Part shown: piece after piece, positions 30,518-39,637 of the stretch
Layout: each line of letters begins with the position of its first letter
How positions within the stretch are numbered: the stretch's first letter is position 1
NCBI GenBank assembly: GCA_034440235.1
Contig: JAWXBR010000054.1
Span: forward strand, 73,131 to 137,130
Direction: 5' to 3'
DNA length: 64,000 nucleotides
From: a bacterium
GTDB taxonomy: Bacteria; Bacteroidota; Ignavibacteria; Kapaibacteriales; Kapaibacteriaceae
The notes under the pieces: model-generated
What the model saw: the letters and a program-made list of their open reading frames with translations, nothing else
Databases searched by the model: none
What the model was told of the DNA's origin: nothing
Position numbers and translations under genes: made by a program

Positions 30518-31257
30518 GCCTGCACCTCCAGGGTCGGTGTGGGATGTGCCACTTCGTATGCTCGAAGGCCATCACTGATATTGTATCCGCTGCGATACAA
30601 CGTCTCGTAGAACTCATCTAGGCTATCGATACTTTGTGCAGAAAAACCACGACGTCTCAGACCAATTGTATTCAGGCTCTGCACACCCACAGGTTCACGT
30701 CCGACGAGCGTAAACGGAGGAACATCCTTTGAAATCATTACACAAGCGGCAACCATACTATGCGGACCGATTTGTGTGAACTGATGCACACCAGTTACAC
30801 CACCGATGATGGCCCAATCGCCAACATTCACATGTCCGCCAAGCTGCACAGAATTGGCAAGAATCACATTATTCCCAATACGACAGTCATGCGCAACATG
30901 CGTGTAGGCCATGAGCAACACGTCACTACCAACACTGGTTAATCCTGAGTGTGCAGTGCCTCGATTAATCGTAACACACTCACGAACAACAGTGCGATCT
31001 CCGATGCTCGCAATCGTAGGCTCACCATCGTACTTAAGATCTTGTGGTGCAGTACCAATTACTGCTCCGGGATGAATGCGAACATCGCTGCCAATAATCG
31101 TGCTTCTGTCAATATGCACGTGTGACATGATGGTTGTACCAGCCCCAACTGTTACGTCGTCTCCAATCACACAAAACGGCCCCACCTGTACACCGTCCCC
31201 GAGTATGGCGGTTGGAGATACGATAGACGAGGGATGAACAGTCGTCGCAACGCTCAT
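30460..31257 (-). CDS. lpxA: Acyl-ACP--UDP-N-acetylglucosamine O-acyltransferase
   Basis: Left-handed beta-helix hexapeptide repeats and the LpxA N-terminus (IHPSAIVSPTA-like). Confidence 0.9.
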   Translation of the reverse strand: MSVATTVHPSSIVSPTAILGDGVQVGPFCVIGDDVTVGAGTTIMSHVHIDRSTIIGSDVRIHPGAVIGTAPQDLKYDGEPTIASIGDRTVVRECVTINRGTAHSGLTSVGSDVLLMAYTHVAHDCRIGNNVILANSVQLGGHVNVGDWAIIGGVTGVHQFTQIGPHSMVAACVMISKDVPPFTLVGREPVGVQSLNTIGLRRRGFSAQSIDSLDEFYETLYRSGYNISDGLRAYEVAHPTPTLEVQACIAFIRSSKRGVYLSSHA

Positions 31258-32660
31258 TCTGCCTCCCTGTCAACCACAACGGCGGTCAGTTCGCCCTCTG
31301 CTACGATCTGAGTACCAACAAATGCTTTAGCAACAAGGTGCGCCGTGTTGAATCGGAAGCGCGTCATCGTTACTTCCATCACCAACGTGTCACCTGGCAC
31401 AACGGGCTTGCGAAACTTGACGTTATTCATGCCTGCAAAGAACACAAGTTTCTTCGAAGCGTCGATACCACGGGTTACAAGCAGCATACATCCGGTTTGA
31501 GCCATCGCCTCGAGAATAAGTACACCCGGAAAAATTGGTCTATCGGGAAAGTGACCCATGAACTGGGGCTCATTGTAGGTGACGTTCTTGATACCAACGA
31601 TATGTCCCTTGTCCGGATCATAACTCGTTATTCTATCTACCATCAAGAATGGATACCGATGTGGCATCACCTTCAGTATGGCATTGATGTCGAACACCGT
31701 TCCTTCGACCGGACTCTTCTGGTACTTTTTAACGGTTTGCTGTTTTTCGTAGAGCCTTCGCACCTTGCGGGCAAACTCGATGTTGCCGGCATGGCCGGGA
31801 CGTGCCGCTAGTACCTGTGCTCGAAGGCGCGTGCCAATCAGGGCGAGATCACCAAGCATATCAAGCAGCTTGTGACGCGCAGGTTCATTTTTATAGCGAA
31901 GTTTATTATCGTTTAGTATGCCATTCGACCCGAGCACTGCATTCCCCTCGATGCCCATTTCCTTGAGCATTGCCTTCAACGCAGTATCCGTCATCTCCTT
32001 GTCAACAATCACAATGGCATTGTCAAGATTACCGCCCTGAATCAGTCCCTGCTTCCATAACACTTCCACTTCATGCAGAAAGCAGAACGTACGTGCTGGT
32101 GCAAACTCGGTAACGAATTCTTCTTCGAGGTTGAATAGACCAGTGTGCTGACTTCCAAGCGCTGGGTTGTTGTAGTCTACGAGCACAGTCACACGATAAT
32201 CATCGTTTGGGAGAGCCACGATTTCGGTGCCACGCTCTTCGTTCACGTAACGGATGGGTTCTTCGAGCACCAGTTCGTCGCGTTCTGCACTTTGCTCTTG
32301 CGTACCAGCGCGCTGTATCATCTCTACGTACGGCAGCGACGATCCGTCTCCAACCGGAGGTTCGTTGTTCGAAAGTTCAATAATGCAGTTGTCGATTCCC
32401 ATTCCCACCATCGCAGCAAGAACATGTTCGACTGTATGTACGCGAGCATCGCCAATTGCAATGGTGGTACCACGTGCAATGTCTACGACGTTGTCTACTA
32501 ATGCAGGTATTTCGGGCGACGAAGCAAGATCTGTTCGGATAAACCTGTAGCCAGAGTGTTCGTCTGCCGGACGGAATGTCATGCTCGTAAGACTGCCCGT
32601 ATGCAGACCTACGCCAGTCATCGTTACAGCTTCAGAAAGTGTACGTTGTTTTTTTGTCAT
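31254..32660 (-). CDS. lpxC-fabZ: Bifunctional UDP-3-O-acyl-GlcNAc deacetylase / 3-hydroxyacyl-ACP dehydratase (LpxC-FabZ fusion)
   Basis: N-terminal LpxC (TLSEAVTMTGVGLHTG..., HTVEH), C-terminal FabZ hot-dog (MPHRYPFLMVDRI, GHFP..PIFPGVL). Confidence 0.9.
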   Translation of the reverse strand: MTKKQRTLSEAVTMTGVGLHTGSLTSMTFRPADEHSGYRFIRTDLASSPEIPALVDNVVDIARGTTIAIGDARVHTVEHVLAAMVGMGIDNCIIELSNNEPPVGDGSSLPYVEMIQRAGTQEQSAERDELVLEEPIRYVNEERGTEIVALPNDDYRVTVLVDYNNPALGSQHTGLFNLEEEFVTEFAPARTFCFLHEVEVLWKQGLIQGGNLDNAIVIVDKEMTDTALKAMLKEMGIEGNAVLGSNGILNDNKLRYKNEPARHKLLDMLGDLALIGTRLRAQVLAARPGHAGNIEFARKVRRLYEKQQTVKKYQKSPVEGTVFDINAILKVMPHRYPFLMVDRITSYDPDKGHIVGIKNVTYNEPQFMGHFPDRPIFPGVLILEAMAQTGCMLLVTRGIDASKKLVFFAGMNNVKFRKPVVPGDTLVMEVTMTRFRFNTAHLVAKAFVGTQIVAEGELTAVVVDREAE

Positions 32661-33724
32661 GATGCAGTGTCGTTGGATTCCTCAACCTGCCGCTGCAGAT
32701 CCCTTACCTCTTGTAACAGTCTCGGTAACTGACGCAGCGCAGCTTCCATGCGCAATGCTGTCCGATGCTCCTTCGCCGGAGAACCAAGATATGCACCTGC
32801 GGTAAGGGGCTTTGAAACACCTGATTGAGCTTCGATAATAACGTCGTCGGCTGTTTCTATATGGCCAATCATTCCAACCTGACCACCAAATCGATTTCGC
32901 AATCCAATCTTCGCACTACCGGAAATTCCCGTCTGAGCTGCCATCGCAGTATTGGCACCGATAGTAACGCCGTGCGCTATATGAACGAGATTATCAAGTT
33001 TTACTCCATTCCCGATAAGGGTCTTACCAACTGCTGCTCGGTCGATCGTGGTGTTCGAACCAATCTCGACGTCATCACCAATTTCTACGATGCCCACGTG
33101 AGGAACCTTTTCATAAGATCCATCAGGGTTTTCGAGAAAACCAAAACCATCTGCACCTATCACGGCACCAGGATGAACAATACAACGAGCACCGATCTGC
33201 GTCCCCGGACCACACGTAACGTTGGCGTGAATTACAGTGTTTGCACTAACCCGAGTGCCTGGATACAGAACAACGTTTGCGAATAGTTGCGAACCCTCTC
33301 CGATGTCACAGCCTTCGCTAATAACGCAACCCGGACCAATAGCTGCTGTTTCGTGCACGGTCGCCGATGGATGTATCACAGCTGCTGCATGACGGAGTCC
33401 GCGATCCATGCGTAGTGGAGGAAAAAACCGCTGCATAACCAGCACAAAGCCACGGTAGGCAGCATCGGCAACAATTAATGTTTGCCCATTTGCCCCTTCC
33501 GAGTCTGCTAGCGATCGTTCGACAATCACGCATGAGGCTCGTGTAAGCGGGAGGAATTTCACGTACTTCGGATTTGAGAGAAAGGTCAATTCCCCGTCTC
33601 GCGCTTGCTCGATGCGATTGATACCTGTGATAACAAGGCTGTCATCACCGACGACTGTTCCACCAACGAGATCTGCTAAATAGCGAACGGTGAATCCATG
33701 ACGCTCTTGCAAATCCTCTCTCAT
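32657..33724 (-). CDS. lpxD: UDP-3-O-acylglucosamine N-acyltransferase
   Basis: LpxD N-terminal domain plus hexapeptide repeats. Coupled to lpxC-fabZ. Confidence 0.9.
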   Translation of the reverse strand: MREDLQERHGFTVRYLADLVGGTVVGDDSLVITGINRIEQARDGELTFLSNPKYVKFLPLTRASCVIVERSLADSEGANGQTLIVADAAYRGFVLVMQRFFPPLRMDRGLRHAAAVIHPSATVHETAAIGPGCVISEGCDIGEGSQLFANVVLYPGTRVSANTVIHANVTCGPGTQIGARCIVHPGAVIGADGFGFLENPDGSYEKVPHVGIVEIGDDVEIGSNTTIDRAAVGKTLIGNGVKLDNLVHIAHGVTIGANTAMAAQTGISGSAKIGLRNRFGGQVGMIGHIETADDVIIEAQSGVSKPLTAGAYLGSPAKEHRTALRMEAALRQLPRLLQEVRDLQRQVEESNDTAS

Positions 33725-34494
33725 CGTGGCACCTCATCATCTTTTTTGGGAGGTATGCTGTCCGGATTTGACCTAGGTAGCTCAGCGGGTGTCGATGGCA
33801 TGCGCACATCGCCAGTCGGAAACAACGGAGGCACATCAATAGGTGTGAGCGTCGAGTCGGGCTGAGGCTCCGATCCTCTGCGTGTCTTGCGTTTTCGTGG
33901 TTCTTCTTGACGTTTATTGCGTGGATCTGCGTCGATAATATCTTTTTGTTTACGTTCCATGTCTTCCGCATCGATGCCAAGTTCTTTCATCACCTTCGTT
34001 GTGATATCAAACTTTGCATTCACATAGACAAGGGGCTGCGTACTCTTATCCCAGACCATGTCGTAACCTTCGGCCGCAGCAACTTTTTGTACAGCGCTGT
34101 AAATCTTATCCCAGACAGACTTAAACAGCTGCTCTGCCTGTTTATCGTAGTCACCACCGGGTTCGAGCTTCTCGCGTGCAAAACGATCACGCTCTTTGCG
34201 CTTGTCTTCGAGCTCTTTTTCTTTCTGCTGACGTTCTGTGTCACTCCAGATAAGGCGATTCTTCTTCATCTCTAGCTCAAGCTCGTCGATGTCGCGTTGC
34301 TGTTGTGCTATCTCTGCCTTCCACTCATCGACCATTGTGTTCAGGCGCGTCTGTGCCTGCACATTTGCTTCATATCGCGTAGCAATGGCGTCTGTAGAGA
34401 CATAACCTATTTTCTGTGCTGCAAGACGCGCAGGCCATGTGCATGCCAACAGGCACACACACAAGGCGGTGGAAACGATCATCCATCGTCGCAT
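33721..34494 (-). CDS. skp: OmpH/Skp-family periplasmic chaperone (copy 1, with Pro/Arg-rich C-terminal tail)
   Basis: Signal peptide, long coiled-coil, OmpH-like organisation, position between lpxD and bamA. Confidence 0.7.
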   Translation of the reverse strand: MRRWMIVSTALCVCLLACTWPARLAAQKIGYVSTDAIATRYEANVQAQTRLNTMVDEWKAEIAQQQRDIDELELEMKKNRLIWSDTERQQKEKELEDKRKERDRFAREKLEPGGDYDKQAEQLFKSVWDKIYSAVQKVAAAEGYDMVWDKSTQPLVYVNAKFDITTKVMKELGIDAEDMERKQKDIIDADPRNKRQEEPRKRKTRRGSEPQPDSTLTPIDVPPLFPTGDVRMPSTPAELPRSNPDSIPPKKDDEVPR

Positions 34495-34532
34495 ACAACT
34501 AACTCCTTATTTGACGATGGAGCAATACGACC

Positions 34533-35057
34533 TTACTTGTCTCCTCGTTTCAGGCGATCAAGAACCTTGTACGTGATGTCGGCCTTGTCTTCAGAGAACA
34601 GCACAAGACCCGCAACTTTGTCGAGGACGAGATTCAGTTTTTCTTCTTTAGCGACGAGATTGATAGCGTCGCGCACTTTTTCACGAATAGGAGCAAGGTA
34701 TGACTCGCGTGCTGCGGCAATTTCACCAGTTGCACCAAGCTTGCCTTCCTGATATGCAAGGAACCGTTGTCGAAGTGCATTGAGGCTTTCTTCTTCTTTC
34801 TTCTTTGCATCGGCGCTCATCATTGCCTCTTGCTTGCGGTAGGTCTCGATGCGAGTTTCGAATTCCTTCTGCATCATCGTGAGTGTGTCACGAATCTTAA
34901 GACCCATGTCTTCGATTCGCTTGCTTGCGGCAATCGCATCAGGTAGCTCTTTTAAAACTGTCTCGGTGTTAACGAGACCTACACGATATGCTTGAGCAGA
35001 AGCACCAATACAACCAAGAAACGCTACTACAACTAGTGCTGTGATACGAACCAACAT
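34533..35057 (-). CDS. skp: OmpH/Skp-family periplasmic chaperone (copy 2)
   Basis: 174 aa, signal peptide, coiled-coil OmpH fold, directly downstream of bamA. Confidence 0.7.
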   Translation of the reverse strand: MLVRITALVVVAFLGCIGASAQAYRVGLVNTETVLKELPDAIAASKRIEDMGLKIRDTLTMMQKEFETRIETYRKQEAMMSADAKKKEEESLNALRQRFLAYQEGKLGATGEIAAARESYLAPIREKVRDAINLVAKEEKLNLVLDKVAGLVLFSEDKADITYKVLDRLKRGDK

Positions 35058-35078
35058 GTTTGTCCCTGAAGGAATGTG

Positions 35079-37439
35079 TTAACGACCAAATTGAAAATGG
35101 AAATGCCAACCAGAACGTTCGCCCGTAACCGGGTCTGCGTCAAACCCGTAACCGAGATCAAAACCAAGCAAGCCAATCGGGTTAAGCAGAAGACGTAGGC
35201 CAACCCCCGCAGAGCGCTTCAGACCGAACGGATCGGCTGTTTGAAGGCTCTCCCACACGTTTCCTGCCTCAGCAAAACTAAGCAAATAGATCGGGAAGGG
35301 ATTGAGCGCCAGTGAGAAACGAAGCTCTGCCAAAAGTCGTGCTTGCACGCGCCCACCAACCGCACCACCGTTGTTTGCCAATGGTCCTACCGAGTTGTCG
35401 CGATAACCACGAAGTGGCGTAATTGCAAAACCTCCGAGCCCGTTTCCACCCATGTAAAAGAGTTCGTTTGGAGGCATGGTAGTGTCACTCTTTATGCCAT
35501 TCAAATACCCCATCTCAGAACTAAGTAACAGCACCAGACGCGGGAATCCATTAATCGATAGCAATGGGTTGACCATGTCGTACGTAAGACCGACCTTGAA
35601 GTAGTCGGTGGTTCCGATGCCAAGAAAACCTGTCGTAATGCGCGTAGAGAGTGCAAAACGCGACCCCGACGTTGGGAATACAACATTGTCGAAGCTTGTG
35701 CGCGAAATCGTCTGCGAGAACCTAAGTGAGGTGTTTACACCCTGACGATAAAACAACGATGTCGAACTCGATTCGATACGATCGAACGCAACCGACCAGT
35801 CACCACGAAAATAATCGTCCGGAAACCGGAAGCGACGTCCGATGTTGAGCTGTGCACCCGTCTGCCGGATGCTGATGTTAAAGTTCTGACGTGTGTCGTA
35901 CACATTGAACCCCAACGACGTGGGCTCGCCCATCAACCATGGCTCGGTGAACGAAATCTGGAACGTCTGCAGACTCGATGCCTGCCCAAATTCCCACTGG
36001 AACGAGAGCACCTGGCCGCCACCACCGCGCAACGGCTGCGTGATATCGAAGTTGTTCAGCGTGATACCAACAGAACCTGTAAGACCTATGGCACCAGCAA
36101 AACCCACAGATGCGTTAAACGTGTCGGTGCTGCGTTCTTCGACCTTGTAGACAAGATCGACACGTGTATTGTCAACTTTCAATACCTCTGGCTTAATCGT
36201 CTCGGGATTGAAGTAGTTCAACACACCGAGACCGCGAATACTGCGAATAATAGCAGAGCGGTTAAAGTAATCGCCTGGACGTGTGTAGAGTTCGCGACGG
36301 ATAACCCTATCGCGCGTTTTGCTATTACCAACAACTTCTACGCGGCGAACGGTGTACCGATCGCCTTCGAACACACGTACAACAATGTCCACTGAGTCTT
36401 CGCCCAGGCGAACTAAGTCGGGCTTCAACTGCGCAGTTAAATAGCCATTGTCGGAATACAGCGAGGTAGCGTCGGTCTGGTCTTGGTTGATGTTCAGATT
36501 GTTCGTGAACAACGTCTGGTTGTACACTTCACCCGAATCAATGCCAAGTCTATTCAGCAACTGCTCTTCGGTGTACACGGTGTTACCGGTAAAACGAATG
36601 CTGCGTATGTAAACAGGTTTACCTTCGTACAAATCGATGCGGATAGAAACCGTCTCATCAACTTCGTTGTAGATAACAGTGTCGTCGAGTATTGCTGCGT
36701 CTAAAAGCCCCTTATCAAGGAACCATGAGCGCAAGCGTTCTTTATCGGCTTCGTACTTCGTGGCGTCGAACTTGCTCGACTTCCACAACTGCCACCAGTG
36801 TTTGGTCTTCGTGTCTTCGAAGGCACCGGCATAATCGTCATCTTCAAACAAGGCGTTGCCCGTGAACTCTATCGATGCGACGTGATATTCAACACCTTCG
36901 TCAATCGTAAGCGTCATGTCATAGAAGTTCGCAGAATCTACGCTGGTCATGGTAGACGTCACCTTGGCAAACAACATGCCTTCGGTTTCGTAGAGCTTCT
37001 TGACTTTCTGGCGTGCTAGATATTCGTCGTATGGTGAGATGAGGTCGCCACGACTGCGTGCAATTTCTTTTTCAATGTCAGAAGTCGAAATCTCATCGTT
37101 GCCCACAAGCGTAATGCGACGAAGTCGGGGCATCGGAGCGACGCGAATAATGAGAAACACACCGAGTGCTGTTTCGCGTTCCTTCTCAATGCGCACGTCG
37201 CGGAAGTTGCGCCTGTTCCACAGGTTTCGAATGGCTGCAACGAGTTCGTCTGGACGTGCCTCCATGCCAACGCGCAGGCCAGAGTATGCAATAACGGTCT
37301 GCATGTCTTCGCCCACGGTCAGACCCTCTACAGAGATGCCCGCGATAACGGAATACACTGGCGGTTGCGGCTGTGCCTGACCCCGAAGCAATACCGACGC
37401 ACATAGAAAGACGAGTACAGAAAGCCCCTTAACGCGCAT
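35079..37439 (-). CDS. bamA: Outer membrane protein assembly factor BamA
   Basis: Signal peptide from the ATG at 37439 (MRVKGLSVLVFLCA), five POTRA-like repeats, C-terminal 16-strand barrel ending ...GWHFHFQFGR. The track N-terminal extension overlaps uppS and was rejected. Confidence 0.85.
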   Translation of the reverse strand: MRVKGLSVLVFLCASVLLRGQAQPQPPVYSVIAGISVEGLTVGEDMQTVIAYSGLRVGMEARPDELVAAIRNLWNRRNFRDVRIEKERETALGVFLIIRVAPMPRLRRITLVGNDEISTSDIEKEIARSRGDLISPYDEYLARQKVKKLYETEGMLFAKVTSTMTSVDSANFYDMTLTIDEGVEYHVASIEFTGNALFEDDDYAGAFEDTKTKHWWQLWKSSKFDATKYEADKERLRSWFLDKGLLDAAILDDTVIYNEVDETVSIRIDLYEGKPVYIRSIRFTGNTVYTEEQLLNRLGIDSGEVYNQTLFTNNLNINQDQTDATSLYSDNGYLTAQLKPDLVRLGEDSVDIVVRVFEGDRYTVRRVEVVGNSKTRDRVIRRELYTRPGDYFNRSAIIRSIRGLGVLNYFNPETIKPEVLKVDNTRVDLVYKVEERSTDTFNASVGFAGAIGLTGSVGITLNNFDITQPLRGGGGQVLSFQWEFGQASSLQTFQISFTEPWLMGEPTSLGFNVYDTRQNFNISIRQTGAQLNIGRRFRFPDDYFRGDWSVAFDRIESSSTSLFYRQGVNTSLRFSQTISRTSFDNVVFPTSGSRFALSTRITTGFLGIGTTDYFKVGLTYDMVNPLLSINGFPRLVLLLSSEMGYLNGIKSDTTMPPNELFYMGGNGLGGFAITPLRGYRDNSVGPLANNGGAVGGRVQARLLAELRFSLALNPFPIYLLSFAEAGNVWESLQTADPFGLKRSAGVGLRLLLNPIGLLGFDLGYGFDADPVTGERSGWHFHFQFGR

Positions 37440-38274
37440 CACGCCCCTCAATATCCGCTGGACGAATGTGTCCCTCGATGTCCGCTGGACGTATGTCGTT
37501 GACTTGTTTGGAGGTTCGACCGAACCGGCGTTCGCGACGCAAGAAGTCGTAAAGTGCTTTATAATAATCATTGCGACGAAAATCGGGCCAGTATCGGTCT
37601 GTTACGTAAAGTTCAGCGTATGCAATCTCCCACAAAAGGAAGTTGCTGAGGCGTACTTCGCCGCTTGTTCTTATAAGGAGATCGGGATCGGGCATGAAGC
37701 CAGTCTGTAGATAAGACGACAATCGTTCTTCGGTAAGGTCCTCTGGAGAAACCTTGCCTCGACGAACGTCCAGAGCTATCATCTGCACTGCCCGAAGCAT
37801 GTCCCAGCGCGCGCCGTACGACAATGCAAGTGTGAGCGTTAGTCCGTCGTTGTCCTTCGTCCGCTCCATTGCACGCTGCAGCACTTTCTGCACAGACTTC
37901 GGCAACGCATTAGTCTTGCCAATTGTACAGATTCGAACGTTGTTCTTGTGGAGTTCGTCGACTTCGCGGTTGAGATACGATTCGAGTAGCATCATTAAGA
38001 AGCGGACTTCTTTTGACGGACGTTTCCAGTTTTCGAGCGAAAAGGCATAGAGCGTGAGGTAGCGTACGCCGAGTTGCGACGACACCTTAACGATGTCGCG
38101 AACAGATTCCATGCCCTCGCGATGTCCGTCTATGCGGGGTCGCTGCCTATCCTCAGCCCAACGTCCGTTACCGTCCATAATCACCGCAACATGCCGTGGC
38201 ACACGCCCCGTTTGTCGCAGATTTTCCTGAACGAACCGATCGTCCGGCGTCAACTGCTCCTCAGACCAGCCCAA
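37429..38274 (-). CDS. uppS: Isoprenyl transferase / undecaprenyl-diphosphate synthase
   Basis: HVAVIMDGNGRWA and YAFSLENWKRP motifs. The C-terminus carries a short tandem duplication, IRPADIEGH-IRPADIEGR. Confidence 0.9.
   Translation of the reverse strand: MGWSEEQLTPDDRFVQENLRQTGRVPRHVAVIMDGNGRWAEDRQRPRIDGHREGMESVRDIVKVSSQLGVRYLTLYAFSLENWKRPSKEVRFLMMLLESYLNREVDELHKNNVRICTIGKTNALPKSVQKVLQRAMERTKDNDGLTLTLALSYGARWDMLRAVQMIALDVRRGKVSPEDLTEERLSSYLQTGFMPDPDLLIRTSGEVRLSNFLLWEIAYAELYVTDRYWPDFRRNDYYKALYDFLRRERRFGRTSKQVNDIRPADIEGHIRPADIEGRDAR
37445..37492. repeat. 2 x 24-bp tandem duplication at the 3' end of uppS, overlapping the bamA start region
   Basis: ATATCCGCTGGACGAATGTGTCCC / TCGATGTCCGCTGGACGTATGTCG, read directly. 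Encodes the duplicated C-terminal peptide. Confidence 0.7.
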
Positions 38275-38479
38275 ACGTCCTCCTGTGCTTCATGAACCGG
38301 CAAAGATACGCCGCGGGACGCCATGTTGGGAGGGGGCCTCTCAGGGGGCGACGTGCTAACGTTGTTTCGTGAAAGGGACTTTCGTATGTTTGTCGTTCGT
38401 CTAACGCCAATCCCCCGCGTGGGTACGTTGCCGTAGACGGTGTATTGTGAAGTGTACTATCCTGTCGCCATCCGAGGCA

Positions 38480-38803
38480 ACCTTGAACGTAACGAAGGCA
38501 GACATCGTGGATAAAATCGCCAACGAAACCGGGCTTACTAAGCTCGAAACGAAGGCGGTTGTAGATGGATTTCTCTTGAGCATCATCAACTCACTTGCCG
38601 ATGGCAAACGCATCGAATTGCGTGGGTTTGGGGTGTTCAGTGTAAAAAGTCGCAAACCACGCATGGCGCGCAATCCGCGCACGGGCGATCCAGTGCCTCT
38701 CGAAGAGAGGTTCATCCCCACCTTCAAGGTTTCGTCGGAGTTTCAAGAGAAGGTGCACCATAAACTCCGCGCCGATAGTTCTCAGAACCCCAACCCAGCA
38801 TGA
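38480..38803 (+). CDS. HU/IHF-family DNA-binding protein
   Basis: GLTKLETKAVVDGFL...GKRIELRGFGVF...RMARNPRTGDPV is a classic IHF/HU fold signature. Likely TTG start at 38480. Confidence 0.7.
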   Translation, partial: TLNVTKADIVDKIANETGLTKLETKAVVDGFLLSIINSLADGKRIELRGFGVFSVKSRKPRMARNPRTGDPVPLEERFIPTFKVSSEFQEKVHHKLRADSSQNPNPA

Positions 38804-39405
38804 CTTCACGAATGTGGTTGATTGCCCTGCTAATCATAGCAGGCGTTGGCGGAGTTTCCTTTGGTATCAGTCGGTGGTTAACATCACAAGCAGTCGAAGA
38901 CGGTCAGGCGCTCATTCTCGAGCGTCAGAAAAAGCAGGGCGCGCCTAAAGAAGCTGGAGATCCGGAAGCTGAAAAACGCGTTGCCATGCTCGAGCAGATG
39001 TTGAAGGTTGTAAAGCAGAAACTGGTGGAGAACCCCGCCGATAGTATGCTTCTGGTGAGTGCAGGTAACATGTCGTATGACTTGGGGTTATTCCAACCTG
39101 CCGAAGGCTACTACAAATCCTTCCTTGACAACGTAGACCCAGCGAACCTGCGCGTGCGCATCGATTACGCATACGTAGTGTTCCAGAATGGCCGTAAAGA
39201 TGAAGGCATAGGAATCATGAAGAAGATTCTTAAGCAACATTCGAAAGACCAGACAGCTCTGTACAACCTGGGAGTGATGTACATTCAAATGAATAACACA
39301 GACGACGCGCTAAAGACGATGAAAAGATGCAGAGACGCAGAGCCGAAATCAGAACTTGGAAAACGTGCTGCCATGGCAGTCATTCAACTCGAAACAACAA
39401 CATAA
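38800..39405 (+). CDS. Membrane-anchored TPR-repeat protein
   Basis: N-terminal TM helix followed by TPR-like repeats. 4-bp overlap with the upstream gene. Confidence 0.55.
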   Translation: MTSRMWLIALLIIAGVGGVSFGISRWLTSQAVEDGQALILERQKKQGAPKEAGDPEAEKRVAMLEQMLKVVKQKLVENPADSMLLVSAGNMSYDLGLFQPAEGYYKSFLDNVDPANLRVRIDYAYVVFQNGRKDEGIGIMKKILKQHSKDQTALYNLGVMYIQMNNTDDALKTMKRCRDAEPKSELGKRAAMAVIQLETTT

Positions 39406-39439
39406 TCACACTTACAATCACAATTCAGGAGGCATCCCA

Positions 39440-39535
39440 TGCCATGCGGTAAAAAACGCAAGCGCCATAAGATGGCCACCCACAAGCGCAAAAAACGCTT
39501 AAGGAAGAATCGTCACAAGAAGAAGAACAGGTAGT
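39440..39535 (+). pseudogene. Tiny Lys/Arg-rich ORF resembling ribosomal protein bS22, split by a 1-nt frameshift in a C run
   Basis: Strong RBS CAGGAGG 7 nt upstream. Frame 1 reads MPCGKKRKRHKMATTSAKNA*. The -1 frame continues HKRKKRLRKNRHKKKNR* and ends immediately before a rho-independent terminator. Joined, this gives a 31-aa highly basic peptide. Confidence 0.4.
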
Positions 39536-39540
39536 CTATA

Positions 39541-39566
39541 AACCCCGCCCACAAGCGGGGTTTTCT
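39541..39566 (+). terminator. Rho-independent terminator
   Basis: CCCCGCCC-ACAA-GCGGGG hairpin followed by TTTT. Confidence 0.75.
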
Positions 39567-39637
39567 GTTGCCGATTGACGAAAAGTCAATCAAACCACTA
39601 CGCTCTTCATCTTCGCGTTTTCGCATCTCTTTCCTCT

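Noticed and set aside
38275-38479. Possible riboswitch or leader in the 200-bp uppS/IHF divergent intergenic region
   Set aside because: No recognisable conserved riboswitch core or strong hairpins. It is most likely just two divergent promoters.
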